A DNA stretch of 64,000 bases from Schmidtea polychroa (lineage: Eukaryota), in the NCBI GenBank assembly GCA_044892525.1, contig CM097885.1:104346001-104410000 (forward strand), in the 5' to 3' direction. Below are positions 35,661-49,325 of this stretch, one piece after another. Below the pieces are notes generated by a model. It searched no databases and was not told the origin of the DNA. It saw only the letters and a program-made list of their open reading frames with translations. Every line of letters starts with the position of its first letter. Position 1 is the first letter of the stretch. A program made the translations under genes and the position numbers.

Positions 35661-35893
35661 CCCTTTCATTCGGGAATTAATTCTGTGGGTAAATTAATTA
35701 TCTAGACCATCAAACCTAGTAAGGGGACTCAAATTATGCAAAAAAATAAAAAACAACAAATTTAGACAACAACAAATAGAACAAATTTCAATTTTCTTAA
35801 AAAGTACTTCTCACATTATATTTTCGAAAAGGTACAACAGATATTCAGCACACAAAACTGTGTACAATATATTGTACACTCCGTATAAAAGGG
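35661..35893. mobile_element. piggyBac-type MITE, 233 bp
   Basis: TTAA on both sides (35657-35660, 35894-35897); TIR CCCTTTCATTCGG vs CCCTTTTATACGG (11/13). Confidence 0.8.
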
Positions 35894-37510
35894 TTAAGAA
35901 AAGTATGTAAAAAAATCTCAAAACAGCCAAGCTAGTCAGGTGTTCGTAATTAACTTGTGAACCTTGGCAGTACCCTGCCATATTGAAATGATGAATTTTG
36001 TTCTATTTAGCAGTTAATAATTGAGTTTCTTTGGACGTCTTTATGTTTTGTTTCTTAATTTATTACGCTTTATTGCTTTTGTATGAATTCCAAATGGAAG
36101 GCTTTGATTTGCTAAACCTTTTCCTGATAATGTTAGTGACCCTTGGTTCAGTTTTCTGGAATACTGGTGTGACAATTATGAAACGGTGTTTTGAATTTGT
36201 ACCATCTGTCCACTGTAGATGTTGAAGGAATAATATGACGAGTATTAGTCCTTGGCTAAATTTATAGATGTTATTGGTGCATCAACTCAAGTGGAAAGAC
36301 AAAGTAAAGATGAAGAAATGATTGGATTTTGGTTAAAATATAAACCTCAAAGTAAAGAAAACAAAGAAAGATCTAGAGTTAATTTAGACTGAAAATCTAA
36401 AAAGATAAAAAGATCCAACCCTAAAGGAAGGCTAATAGGTATTCAATTTTTGAACGTGTTTTCATTTGCATCCATTCGAAAAGATAAATAAGCTAAGGAT
36501 CCCTCTCAAGATTTCCAAATCAAATTATAATAAATAACATCTACAGAGAGAAACTTCATAAAAAAATGGTATTTAATACATGAAAATTCTTATCATGAAG
36601 ATGAAAGATTGTAAAAACGCAAATTCTTCTTTTGTTAATGAGGAAAACGGAAAAATGAATTAGTGGGATATAGTTCATTATCTATCTCTTTCATAGGTTA
36701 TTGTCATTTATTTATTCATTTAATTATGGTCCTGATAACTGGATGTTATTCAATGTTACTTTCGAAAATTTTGCGCAGGGATCCGCCCTTATTTCCCAGT
36801 TCATAAATGTTCTCCTGTATTTTATTTCGGTTATTGTTTTGCTCTTGGAAAATGTGAGCAGGGATCTGCTTATATTTCCAATTCTGACCTATATTGATTC
36901 TGGTTACTAGAGGATTACCCAACATCACCTAAAAACAAAGTCTCCTTCATTGTCACTCGAAATCTACCTCTTTTTCTAGTCAAACTTAATTCGCTATACC
37001 CAATAGAATTGTGTCAGCAATTGACCCAGTAGGCCCTGATAAGCAGTATTATGAATCCAGCTTACAGATGACTGACGTATCACCTGATCCATTGGGTAAG
37101 AGGAAAATTTTATTTTTATTTTTATTTATTTATTTATTTCATTCTATTTATTTTATAAATTTTTCCAGTATTCTTTCTTAAATTCTGCACTCTTTGCCAT
37201 AGCTCCTTTGTATGTTAATACGAGCCATAACACCCCTACTTAATTTGATTATGATCGTTCATATATAAATTCGACCAATAATCATTCTTAATTTTTTTAT
37301 TATTAATTATTTATTTTATTTATTATTTTTTATTTTTTCAAATGCGTTATTTCTCTCTTAACTGTGTTGGTGATTGCAAATTCTTGCGTTCCTCCATTTT
37401 ATTATACGTGATTTATTTATTCTCCTTGTGTCCTTTACTTTTTATTATTTGATGTATAATCATAGATTTTAATTCAACTTGGTGCGGTTTTTATGCTATG
37501 TATTTCCGAC

Positions 37511-38648
37511 TAGGGTTTCTCTCTCGGGATTTCTCGTTCCCGATTTCCCGGGAAATCCACCAAAATATCTATTCCCGATTTCCGAAGAAAAAAATTAAAT
37601 TTTCGGCATTATTTTAAACATTTATCAACAAATAATTGAAAATAAATATTTCAAAACTACTTCTTGTTTTATTTAAAAATATTTGAAACCAAAGTAACAA
37701 TTGACTTTTATGTTTTCGAGATTATGTAGGTGCACTATAACTATATAATATTTTTTTAAAATCAAAGCGTGTGTGTCTACTGTTTAACAAGCATAAATTT
37801 AAAGTTTAAACAATTTTCTTTGTTTATTTGTGAATTAAAGTAAGTTTTATTAAATTTTAATATCAATTTTTATTTTTTTTACTGATATACAATTTTAAAT
37901 AATAAAGAGAAAAAGAATGTCAACAGAAATGACTTGGAGATTTTATTTTACCATTGATTCTACTAATAAGGACAAAGCAAAATGCAATAAATGTAATCAA
38001 ATGATTGTGAGAAAAGGATGTTCAACAAGTGGAATGAATCGTCATTTGAATATCCAACATGGAATAGATATGATTACTAAGAACGATAAATTCGACGCAC
38101 CAAGTACATCATCGCCTGGCACATCTGATAAATCTATTTCATTTTAAAATATATAAAGAAAAAAACATTGGAAGAAATTCTTGCAAAACTAGCAGCTGTA
38201 GATGGAATTTTCATCAATGTTATTTCGAAAAGTACATTTATTCGTGAATCTATTTCTGCGAAAGGATATTTTCTTCCTAAAAATCCTTCATACATAATGA
38301 ATCTTATATTTAACTATTATGCCAACCTCAGTGGAAAGTGAAAGAGTATTTTCGACTGCTGGCCTTTTGTCAATAAACTTAGGACAAGACTCAACGATAA
38401 ATCAGTTAATGCACTAGTTTGTCTTAGAACTCATTTTAAGAACTGTGCTGATAAATAACTTTTTTTTGTTCTAATTGTAATTAAGTTTTCTGTTGTAATG
38501 AAAAAAATGAATATATTAAATGTTTTTAAATTCAAATTTTTTTTAATTATTAGATAGTATAACCCGGGTTTCTTGGTTTTCCCGGGAACATCTTCCAAAT
38601 ATTCTCGTTTCCCGGGATTCATAATTTGGCGGGAAATGAGAAACCCTA
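37511..38648 (+). mobile_element. Internally deleted hAT transposon (BED finger plus dimerisation fragment)
   Basis: TIR TAGGGTTTCTC; 8-bp TSD TTTCCGAC (37503-37510, 38649-38656); subterminal TTCCCG repeats; BED finger WRFYF...AKCNKC...STSGMNRHLNIQH at 37917; SERVFSTAG...RTRL near 38340. Confidence 0.93.
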
Positions 38649-39186
38649 TTTCCGACTCATTCAAACAAGCTCTCAATTTTTGGCCCTAGGCCAACAGTAT
38701 AAACCTGCTGGAAAAGACAAGTAAGGAAGAGTGTAGCACTGTCAAAAAATTCAGAGCGAGGATTAAATAGTAACAAAGTGATAGAATGACCCGTAACGCC
38801 AACAAAATTGTGTATTGCTATTAAATTCTATATAAAATGCTTTAAAAATCGTTGAAATTAGTATATGACTCTTATTCCTCAATCAGCTTAGCACGATCTC
38901 ATACTGTAAGCCTGGCATCACAGGTTAACCTCCGCTTTAAGCCAGCTAAATCTAATTACTTCCAATCACTCAACATGGCGAAACTCTTCCGAAAATTGAT
39001 GACTCTAACCTATATAGGTATCTGGGAGATGAATTTTCTTAAAATAAAAAACACAACATTGATGAATGACTTGACAATAAGTTAAAAAATTAAAATTCAC
39101 TAACAACATAAATTATTTTTACTAAGGAAATGAGAAAACAAAATAAAAACAAAAAATATTAATAAAAACCTTTATCAAAACATTTA

Positions 39187-41655
39187 TTACAAGTAAAAGA
39201 GTCTATTTCTAATTCTTTCATTGATGGTAACTGGATTAGATCCTTTATGTACCTTTCCAACTAACTCAGCTAATCTATGGGCATAATGCACTGGAACTGG
39301 AACTCGAATAGTTCCCATCCAATTGAAATACAAATGGGTCAGGGCATAAGTAATTCTTTGTAACTCATTCGGTGAGATAGGTTCCTTAGTTCCTTTCTTT
39401 GTAATCAAGCGAGTATCTTCGAGGACATTATAATTTGTTGGAGTTGCCGTTCCTCTAGTTGTTCTTTGTGACACTAAGAAAAATTCATAGAAATTTGGTT
39501 TGACAATTTCTTTATCAACAATAGTTCCAGGATTTGGATTATTTCCTCTGTTAAAAAGTTTCGTTCCAATTCTCTTCTTTACGATGACATAAATAATTTG
39601 AGGAGGAGGAAACCCGTTACTCTTATATATCTCCTCAATTAACTGCTTCATCGCTTCCACTTCGAAATTCTTGGTAAGTTGAAGTTGGTTATCTCCAACC
39701 CCGTCTCTATATACCAATATTCTTTGAGGGAAAATGTTAAATTGCTTCTTAAAATATCCTAATGCTGAACCAAAGTTTTTACCAAGGGTCTCATGGAATT
39801 CTTGACGTCCTTTTGGTGAATTGACAAAGCTCAAATATTGAGTGAAGGATTCATTGGCTGAGAAAACAGAAGCTTGGATTGACTTCTTGCTAGATTTGTT
39901 GTGATATGTATCTAAACCTACAATCATAGTTGGCCTTAACTTGAGTACGACAGTCCATGGGTCATATCCAAATTTGGCAAAGATTTGCATCACGGTTTTA
40001 CTTGAAACAACTTTTCTCCGTTTATCATTTCTATTAGTAGCATTTCGTGTTGTTACGCACTGCGTTAACAGGCCAGTACTCATGGTGAAGGATTTGACCT
40101 TGGCGTATATTCTGTCATCTGGCACGAATACCAAAGCCATTTTTGCACATTCACTGGCACTTGTTACTGAATCATTCAAACATCTTTCCACTTCATTTGG
40201 ACCGCATGTATTTACTCGTCCAACTCTTGCGCTAATTCGCATATTTTTCAATTCATATTCCACATCATTGATGAAATTCTTATATTGGAAGTCATTCCTG
40301 TCAACAATCACAACGTCAATTTCGTGTTTACGATCCCGTTTTATATCAAATTGAACTCGCCCGAATTTCCAGTCGTCTGCCATTTTTTCATTAATTTTGC
40401 AACCGCCACTTATTACATCAGCTCCCGGTAACTCTCTGCCCTCCATTTCTAAGGGTCTGTTGTCAATCTTTAGTTGCCATTTATTACACATTCCGTTAGC
40501 TACATCATTGTTCTTTATCCAATTACAATAAGCAGGGATATCATCTAATCTTTCACGGGGTTCTCTTTTTAAAACACACCCCAAATTCTTCTGCAAGTCC
40601 ATATTTGATTTTTCTTGATCTGAAAATCCACATAAGAAACACAATTCACCTGGAATATTCAGAGTCATATCCTTATCTTCAGGAGCTTCATTTTCAACTT
40701 TTACTTCTTCACCTTCTTTTCTTCTTTCTCGACGTACTGGTTTTTTTACTCGTGTAAGAACAAAAGGTTGATCTTTTTGTGATAACCGAATGTTATAACG
40801 TTCTTTAAAATATTCAGCATAAGATAAAGTTCTACCGCTCATCTCAAACTTCTCGTCCACACTCATTTCTTTAATTTCACTTATGCGGTAGGTCTTGTTA
40901 TTGTATTTAGTAATGATGTCTCTTCCTATCAGTTGATCAATGCTTCGTCTGTTATAAGATTTCATAACAGAGTTATCGTTCAAAACTCTGTTAATACGTT
41001 CAATGTATAGAAGAGTAGTTAGTTGACCACTTGGTTTTGTTCCTCTTTGTAAAGTAGTACCGAAGCCTCCAAGAACTTTGAAACTATTAGTTTCATAAAA
41101 GGTCGGGCCAAAATTACGTGGTACATCCTCTTTCTTGATGTTCGGACTTAAAAAATATCCCTTTCCAATTCTTTCTTGGCCCAACATGATTTGCAAGTTG
41201 TTCAATAATACATTAACCATTTGATAATATTCTTCAGTTTCTGGAAGGATGGTTGATACCAATCGTATTGTCATTCTTTTCTCATCGTCACTAAATTCTT
41301 GTATTTCAGATTCACCATGCCATTTTTCACTTGTAAATAATCTTCTTCCATCAAAGCAAAAGGCTCCTGGTAATTGAAATTTTCTACAAATTCGGACAAT
41401 GAATTGCAGTTTAACTTTAGGTGACATTCCGACTTGAGAGAATGCTGAATCATACATCATATACTTTTCTGAGCGCATCACTGAAAATTTTGCAAAGTTA
41501 GATTGCAATTTGACAACTCTTCCCAAATCTCCGACTTTCTCAACGAGTTCAGCTGGTTGCAAATTCGGCTCGACGATCCTAAATGTTCTCCTTAATCCAC
41601 CTCGACTACCCATTCTAGCAGTCGTTTCAGCTCTATTTGATTCGTTTGTAGTCAT
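39187..41655 (-). CDS. piwi: PIWI-clade Argonaute, intronless, 822 aa (resembles planarian SMEDWI-1/2 type)
   Basis: PAZ (IITKYNNKTYRI...YAEYFKERYNI), MID (GLLTQCV), PIWI domain with catalytic GLDTYH, YRDGVG and HYAH residues intact; ends RLFYL. Confidence 0.95.
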   Translation of the reverse strand: MTTNESNRAETTARMGSRGGLRRTFRIVEPNLQPAELVEKVGDLGRVVKLQSNFAKFSVMRSEKYMMYDSAFSQVGMSPKVKLQFIVRICRKFQLPGAFCFDGRRLFTSEKWHGESEIQEFSDDEKRMTIRLVSTILPETEEYYQMVNVLLNNLQIMLGQERIGKGYFLSPNIKKEDVPRNFGPTFYETNSFKVLGGFGTTLQRGTKPSGQLTTLLYIERINRVLNDNSVMKSYNRRSIDQLIGRDIITKYNNKTYRISEIKEMSVDEKFEMSGRTLSYAEYFKERYNIRLSQKDQPFVLTRVKKPVRRERRKEGEEVKVENEAPEDKDMTLNIPGELCFLCGFSDQEKSNMDLQKNLGCVLKREPRERLDDIPAYCNWIKNNDVANGMCNKWQLKIDNRPLEMEGRELPGADVISGGCKINEKMADDWKFGRVQFDIKRDRKHEIDVVIVDRNDFQYKNFINDVEYELKNMRISARVGRVNTCGPNEVERCLNDSVTSASECAKMALVFVPDDRIYAKVKSFTMSTGLLTQCVTTRNATNRNDKRRKVVSSKTVMQIFAKFGYDPWTVVLKLRPTMIVGLDTYHNKSSKKSIQASVFSANESFTQYLSFVNSPKGRQEFHETLGKNFGSALGYFKKQFNIFPQRILVYRDGVGDNQLQLTKNFEVEAMKQLIEEIYKSNGFPPPQIIYVIVKKRIGTKLFNRGNNPNPGTIVDKEIVKPNFYEFFLVSQRTTRGTATPTNYNVLEDTRLITKKGTKEPISPNELQRITYALTHLYFNWMGTIRVPVPVHYAHRLAELVGKVHKGSNPVTINERIRNRLFYL

Positions 41656-42495
41656 TTGTAAAACTAAAAATATAAATAATATATATACTGAATTTAAACA
41701 AATTAATTTAAATATTTGTTTATATCAATAAACTTTGAAAATATTTTTATTGTTAATTATTTTCAATAAAATTTAAAATTGAAATTATTTTTTTAAATTA
41801 TTAGTGAAATTTTTTAATTAATTTAAATTAATTCAATTCTTTGATAATTTAATAATCACAATGTTTAAATTAAATTTTTGCTTTTATTTTGATATTTTGA
41901 TTTAGATAGATTAAAAAGTAATTAATTGTTGCATATCAGATATATTTTATAATTATTTAAAATTTTTAAAAGTTAAAAATTTATAAGTGTTTTTAGGCAA
42001 ACAATTAGTATGTAAACTTTATTTGTAATGATAAAAACTGAAATATTAATTATTTAAGCCACATATAATATTAAATATTTAATAATTAAAAAAAATTTTA
42101 AAAAAGTTTATGAAAATTTTATATATAGTTGTAAATTATTGTTTGAAGTAAAAGAAAAATTAAATAGATTATTTAAATGTGCTCCATAAAAAATTTTTAT
42201 TGTTCCAATATACAAAAATTTATTTTTATTATTGTTAAGAAGTGGCAATTGTAACAAATGTTATTCTCCAAGACAAATCAACCAACATGCTATTATATTG
42301 CTATTTATTGCATAATATTTAAAAAAGGAATATATTGGTTTAGTAATTATTGATATAGAATACTTGCAAACACCGACATACAAACATTCAAATCTAACCA
42401 CCAATCATCATAAATAACCTCTGAATTTGACATGTTATTATGCAATTGGTTAATTTAATTAATTGTGTAGTATTTATTTATCGTTCTTTACAATT

Positions 42496-43181
42496 AGTAG
42501 ATGGATTGGGCACCGCTGGCACAGGGCACCGCTAGCACACCCCCAGGCCCGGATTTACCTATAGGCAGACTAGGCACTGCCTAGGGGCCCGCAGTTTTGG
42601 GGGCCCCAAAATCGAACGATTAGCCAAATGATCATCCAAATCATTTGAGTTTCTACGAGATAATTAAGGAAAAAAATTTGGAAATTGCTTTTCCAAATTT
42701 GGAAACAATTTTAAGAATTTTTTTGTGTCTAATGATTGCTAATTGCACTGGCGAAAGAAGTTTCTCAAAATTGAAGCTGATTAAAAATTTTTTGAGGTCA
42801 ACGATGAGTCAAAAAATTTTGAATAATTTGGCCTTATTATCTTGTAACATTGATAAATTGAAAGCTATTGATTTTGATTCATTGATTGATCAATATGCTC
42901 TAGAAAAATTTAGAAAGAAAGTTTTGTAAAATTATATTTTTGACATGACATATGTATCTTATTTTTAAACGGAATTATTTAATAAATATATTTCAAAATA
43001 TAAATAGGTAGTAAATAATTATTTCTTAAATACTTTTAGCAAATAAAATAACCTACATAATTTCCTTGAAATATACTAATTAATTTTGAGGGCCCCAAAA
43101 AGCTCCTTTGCCTAGGGCCAACAAATGCTTAAATCCGGCCCTGCACACCCCCCTGTGCCAGCGGTGCCCAATCTATCTACT
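42496..43181. mobile_element. 78-bp AGTAG-ended fold-back mini-element (Polinton-type ends) interrupted by a hAT insertion
   Basis: TIR AGTAGATGGATTGGGCACCGCTGGCACAGGG, 30/31 identical to the right end; 6-bp TSD ACAATT at 42490-42495 and 43182-43187. Confidence 0.85.
42544..43143 (+). mobile_element. Non-autonomous hAT element, 600 bp, with dimerisation-domain remnant
   Basis: TIR CAGGCCCGGATTTA / TAAATCCGGCCCTG; 8-bp TSD CACACCCC; ORF 42645-42929 FPNLETILRIFL...GERSFSKLKLIKNFLRSTMSQ. Confidence 0.93.
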
Positions 43182-46100
43182 ACAATTATTATGAGAATAT
43201 TTTCTTATTTATAATAAATTTAATTGATATTTAAATTTTCTTATATTACTATAAAATTGGATTATTGCCAAATTCTTTAAAAAATTCATATTTATTATTT
43301 TAAATTTCGTTTATTTTCTTTTTTTCCGGGATTATAATCAATGTTTTGTTTTCTGTTTGACACAAGTTTTAAGAAATGTTTCTATCAATTATTTTTCGAA
43401 TATTTTTTTTATCAATAAAACTGTGAAAGTAATTAATTAGAATTGGTATTTAATTTCTAGTTTTAAATAGATTTTAATAATATAATAAAAGTAAATAATC
43501 AAATTATAAATTAAAATAATAAATTAAATATGAATATCGAAGTTGAATGGTTGTGTATTCAATTATTAACTTATGCGTGCGAAAATATCCTGAAAACAAA
43601 AAACAGAGATTGTTTAAATTAGAGAGATTTTGTGTTATGCTTAAAAATATAGTTTTTTTGTTTTGAAATATTATGGATGTTATTAATTCAAGAAATCAGA
43701 CATCTAATAAGAATTTTAAAATATTTTTACAGTTAATTATATTAAAAAAATTATTTAAAATTTAAATTTGTGATAATTATTTACTTAATGTGATTGATTT
43801 GGTGAAATATTTAAATAAATATAAATTAGTTTATTCAAATTATTTAAAAAAAATTTCAAACAAGTCCATTTTTTTTAATAATTTAATAGAAAATAAATTT
43901 TTCACTTTTAATTTTACATTTTAACCTAGATAAATTATACAAATAAATATTATTTACAAAGCAGGTAAATTTTATAATTAACTAGCTTGCTACCCGGCGC
44001 TATTTGGAATATAAAAATATATTACAAATAGTTCCATGCAATGATATAAAACTAACAATAAATAAGATAATTACATGAAAATGTCTCTATTTTCTTCCTT
44101 TCTGTACAAAAACCACAATCCAACCTTACCTCACCCTATTTTGCCATACAATACCCATCCAGATAATAAAAAGAGACCAAAAAGAAAAAGTGAAAAAAAT
44201 AATAAACGTCCAAATTTCGTCTAAAATTCGAATTTTCTTATTATATTTTCGGATAAAAATTTTGGCATTTTTGTAGAATTAGAAGTTCATTCGGTCTTCT
44301 GTTTCTTTTTAACTTAGAAAAATTGAATGCATTTGCCTACCTTTTACTCATAATTTGAAGTTGATATATCCGGACATACAAATACACATACTTTATACGT
44401 GTCTTATTTTGAAAATGAACTTAAGCCAACAATTGTGGAGTTCTCCATCTTTTTGAATATTCATGACAAAATGTTAAATTTGTTGATTTTTATTTATATT
44501 AGATTCATTAATGTACATCAATTTAAATATATTTGGTCATGAATAACAATTTAGAAGAAAGTGGTTTGGAAAGAAAACTTTGAAAACTGAGTGAGCGTTC
44601 AAAGTTTATTTCCTAATCATATGTGTAATAACACAATCAAATACGTCCCACCAGCGTCAACGCCAGCGTGAAGGTATTAATTTATTTATTAAATTTCAGT
44701 CTTTATATGTTATTTTGACCCATCACTGTTTTCTTTCTGATTCCAAGAATATGTAATATTTCGTAAAATTCGTGACCGCTTTCCATTGCGTCAATAATCT
44801 ATTTTTATCATCTATGGTTATTCTATAGAAAGGTTTTAGAGATTAACTAAAATTTACTGAGAAACTTTATTTATGGATTTCTTGAGCTGGAAATAATTAA
44901 TTCCGAAGAAGCATCCAATACATATTCATATTTGGATTTAAAATTGAAAAATTTTAGCTTGTCAAACGTCCAGAAGCTTATTCATTGTCATATTGAGTGT
45001 ATTTTTATTATAGAAATTTTGTATTTATTTATTTTTCTTCCAACAGCAATTTTTTCTGTCTTTCTATAGTGTAAGAGTCTATTTAATGTCACAAAGCTAA
45101 TTCAATGTCAGTTCTGGCTATGACACACACACACACACACTTATTATAGGTAAGTTAAAATTTATATTATAAAAAGCTAAATCAATGTCCATTACATGAT
45201 TATCGATTGCTGGTTGGTATAATAATATGAAATTTCCATTTAAAAGACATAGAAAAAAATTCGACTTTCCTGAAAAGGAATGGCGCTAGTCAGCAAGCCG
45301 AAGATCCACAATTATTATTGATAGAACGTTACTTAACAATTGTGGATAATGCTTTGAATTCCAATCAAAAAATGGTTAAACTCCTTAAATGAATTCATGA
45401 ATATGTTCGAATATGACTTGGAAAGACCTTACAAGTTCCTAATGGCGATTCACTTGAATAATGAATTATATTACTGACCCTTTATAAAATTTATTATTTA
45501 TTCAAACAAATAATCTAATTTCCTTATTTGCCAACTTCTTTGTAACTATAAGTCTATTATCAGCAGTCGGAATTTTACTGATGAAAAATTAAAACTTGTC
45601 GCCGAATCATAAAGTTTTCTTACACTTTTTTTTCTTTAATTTTATATAAATTCCAAAAACAACCTAAAACGAGTAGAAATGGAATTGTCTGCAGAAACGG
45701 AACTCCTTCGTAAATCACACTTCATATTTAATTTTTTTAACAATTTTACTGAAAAATCTTGGAATTTTCAACTGTCCACAAAAGCTTATCATTATCATTT
45801 CATGCTCACCGCATCCAGTTGGCATCGGCAAATCACACGTTGAAAATTATTTTTTTCATTCTCATGACTTTCGTCACATCAGTCATTCACTGCCAATTTT
45901 TGGACCCCTACATTTCATGGCAATGACAAGGTCTGGCAGTCTCAAGTTTCAATAATAACTTTCCGAATTTCAAATTACAAATGTTGATANNNNNNNNNNN
46001 NNNNNNNNNNNNNNNNNNNNNNNNNNNNNNNNNNNNNNNNNNNNNNNNNNNNNNNNNNNNNNNNNNNNNNNNNNNNNNNNNNNNNNNNNNNNNNNNNNNN

Positions 46101-48984
46101 NNNNNNNNNNNNNNNNNTATTTTTAATTATTAATTAAATATGATTGAATAATTTAAAATTTTTGAATTTATGATATATTTAAATTATTTTTATCATGTGA
46201 AATTTTTTTCATTTCGTTTATGATGTCATTGAATTTTTAATATTTCACATCTCAGTTGCATTTGTTTAATTATTTTGAATGCCCTCAATAATTTATCAGA
46301 AAGTTGATATACTTTATTCCAAATTCAAGCGTAATGTCGGAAGGTGGAGAGGGGTAAGTTACACATTCTGGGTGCAACCTTACTTCAAGGTCATTGTATT
46401 GTTGTCTGTAATCAGTGAAGTTACAGTGTAATTGGCTCAATTTGGAGAATGCTTATCATTGGTCTGATAATAACCTATGACCGAGATCAAGTCATGATGG
46501 ACAGAAAAGTTAACAAGAATAGTCGCACAAAAACAAACAAATGTAACCAGAAATATAATAATAATCTCGATCAGATGGATCAGTGTGTTGGATTGATCCA
46601 ATCATAAAACGGCACTGTGCATTACACATTCATGAACTTAGAAATTTTCATAATTTCACTCATGCATAATAACCTTAATAATAAAAAAGAGAAATTATAT
46701 TTATTAAATCAGAAATGAACAACCACCAATCAAGTAAGTCTATGAATTGAGATAATAAATGAATTTTTTATCATGGAGTTTTGTTGACCGTGACATTTTC
46801 TAGTCTGCTGCATTTGCCTGAATGAGATCAGTGGAGATAAAGGAGAAATTGCCGACTGCACTCATTGTTTCTGCCTTGGGTGCATTGAACAATGGTGCAG
46901 GAATAGCACAACTTGCCCATTGGACAGAAAGCAAATTTCAAATATCACAATATATGATGACAATAATTCTCGTCAGAATTCGGTAAATATTTGCATTTCA
47001 TTTGTTAACATTTTCACCCAATAATCTTTTCTGTTTTCCCGCTAGATCGATATCCAATCAATTTATCAGCCGCAGGAATCCGGTGCAAATTTCGATTCGA
47101 TTTCTCTAGATATAGATTTCGATATTGGACAATTCTACAATTTCTGGCGGACGAGGCATTTCATTCATTCGAGCTTTTATTTCAATCAAATTGGTTGGTG
47201 TTATCGCATTGTTGTTGCGTTGCATTGTGTTGTTATCATTGGGTCTTTTCAGAATTGGTTGAAAGACGGAAGCGAAGTCCAATGGCAAAGTTGAAACAAT
47301 GGTGGAGAAAACGCCGCCAGCGGAGTTCTTAATTTGGAATTATATTCATTGACTTTTTGTTTATTGGAGCGTGACTTGAAAGGACTAGATTGCAATAATG
47401 ACGTTGTATTGAATTGAAAATGTCAGGTTGTTTTAATGCGCATTGTCAAATAATTCATTGTTTTAAACGTAATGTTGTTTAAATGTATTGATTTTTTATT
47501 AATAATATTTCACCTTTATTAATAAATAAATAAAAAATAGTTTTTTATTATGCACCATATAGCCTCATTATATTAATTTGTATAAATCGGTTATTATTCA
47601 GTTTCAATACTTGTCAAGAACTATTGCGTAACATAAGTGATCATAAAGGTAAGTAATTTTNNNNNNNNNNNNNNNNNNNNNNNNNNNNNNNNNNNNNNNN
47701 NNNNNNNNNNNNNNNNNNNNNNNNNNNNNNNNNNNNNNNNNNNNNNNNNNNNNNNNNNNNNNNNNNNNNNNNNNNNNNNNNNNNNNNNNNNNNNNNNNNN
47801 NNNNNNNNNNNNNNNNNNNNNNNNNNNNNNNNNNNNNNNNNNNNNNNNNNNNNNNNNNNNNNNNNNNNNNNNNNNNNNNNNNNNNNNNNNNNNNNNNNNN
47901 NNNNNNNNNNNNNNNNNNNNNNNNNNNNNNNNNNNNNNNNNNNNNNNNNNNNNNNNNNNNNNNNNNNNNNNNNNNNNNNNNNNNNNNNNNNNNNNNNNNN
48001 NNNNNNNNNNNNNNNNNNNNNNNNNNNNNNNNNNNNNNNNNNNAATTTCGAATTTTAATGAAATTTCACTCATATATTATATAAAAATACAAAAATTAGT
48101 TAATAAAATAATTGATAAATTAATTTAATAAATTTTTTATTTCATCAATCATCATGAGGTAGACAACAAAATTTAATCAAGTGAAAGAATGAAAGTTACA
48201 AATAATGATTGTCTTGCCAAATTGAGCTGATTTCCTTAAGCAACCCCAAGAAAGAACAAATCTGTTTGGAATAATTATTATATAAGCATTTTAGATATCA
48301 TTCAAATGAGCTATTTTGATCTAAAACGTTGGAGATTTTGCATAAGACATTCAAGCAGCAAATAGAAAGTGTTATCAAAATGGTTAAATAAAACGTTTGT
48401 TACGTAAAACTTTTGAGGTTTTTGCCATAAAATCATTTCACCCAAAATCAACATACAAATGCGCTAGCCTCGTGTATTTCGAGTGTTTAATTAAATTTAT
48501 TTGGATTAATACATTTTATTGAATTAGCCACATATATAATTAGATAGCACTGATACACCTATTAATATAATCGTTTTTATTGAAATTGTTTAATCGAGCT
48601 GTCGAAATATATTTATTTATATGAAAAAATTACATTTATTTATTTAATCATTAAATAAACTTTACAATGATTTAATTATTAAAATTACCCTAAAGAAACT
48701 AAGATCAACGGCAATAAAGGCTGTATTAAAACTGTTAATTAGATCAGTTTGAATATAAAAATAGTTTTGAACTTGTTTCCCGTATTTCACTATTAAATTC
48801 ATTATTAATTATTGAAAAGAAAATTGACTTTTGAAGTAGAAAATTTAAAAAGTGCACTTCTATTCAAAATGTGATATTCTGAGATGTTTTCATTCCATAA
48901 CAAACAACATATATCAATAGTTTCAACCAATGATACATTCGTAAACGAACTACGGATATAAATTGAAATCATAAAATTATCCGT

Positions 48985-49325
48985 ACTAAATGGTATCAAC
49001 ATATAGATGGAGTTGTCATAAATTCCACTTTAGCACCAACGATGGCATTGATATTTTTGGTAAGTTTAGAAAAGAGAAGTATTTTGCTTCAATTTGAGAA
49101 ATACATTGTTTATAAACGATATGTGGATAATATTTTTATTATACTTAAAAAATAGAAGCATGTAGACCTGTTGATTAATTAAGTGACTAGTTTATATAGA
49201 AACTTTGTATTTACGGAGGAAACGGGGAGAAATCCATCTATTGCCTTCTCGGTCTTGTTAATCCAGTTCAAGGATAAATACTATAAAATAGAGATTTATA
49301 GAAAATAAATTTATACTTCTGATAG
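48985..49325 (+). pseudogene. Penelope-like reverse transcriptase remnant
   Basis: YQHIDGVVINSTLAPTMALIFL..LE, YKRYVDNIFI, FVFTEE, IEIYRK pattern of PLE RT with stops. Confidence 0.7.

Noticed and set aside
39941-40354. Antisense ORFs overlapping PIWI, integrase, PolB and CPSF3 exons
   Set aside because: Shadow ORFs on the opposite strand of well-supported genes.
43980-45150. Possible Helitron-like element (actagcttgctacccggcg start, CA repeat near 45125)
   Set aside because: No clear terminal hairpin or CTRR end and no Rep/helicase remnant identified.
45550-47450. GC-elevated patches with short minus-strand ORFs (e.g. 47106-47288)
   Set aside because: Frames are interrupted by stops and gaps; no recognisable domain or consistent splice model.
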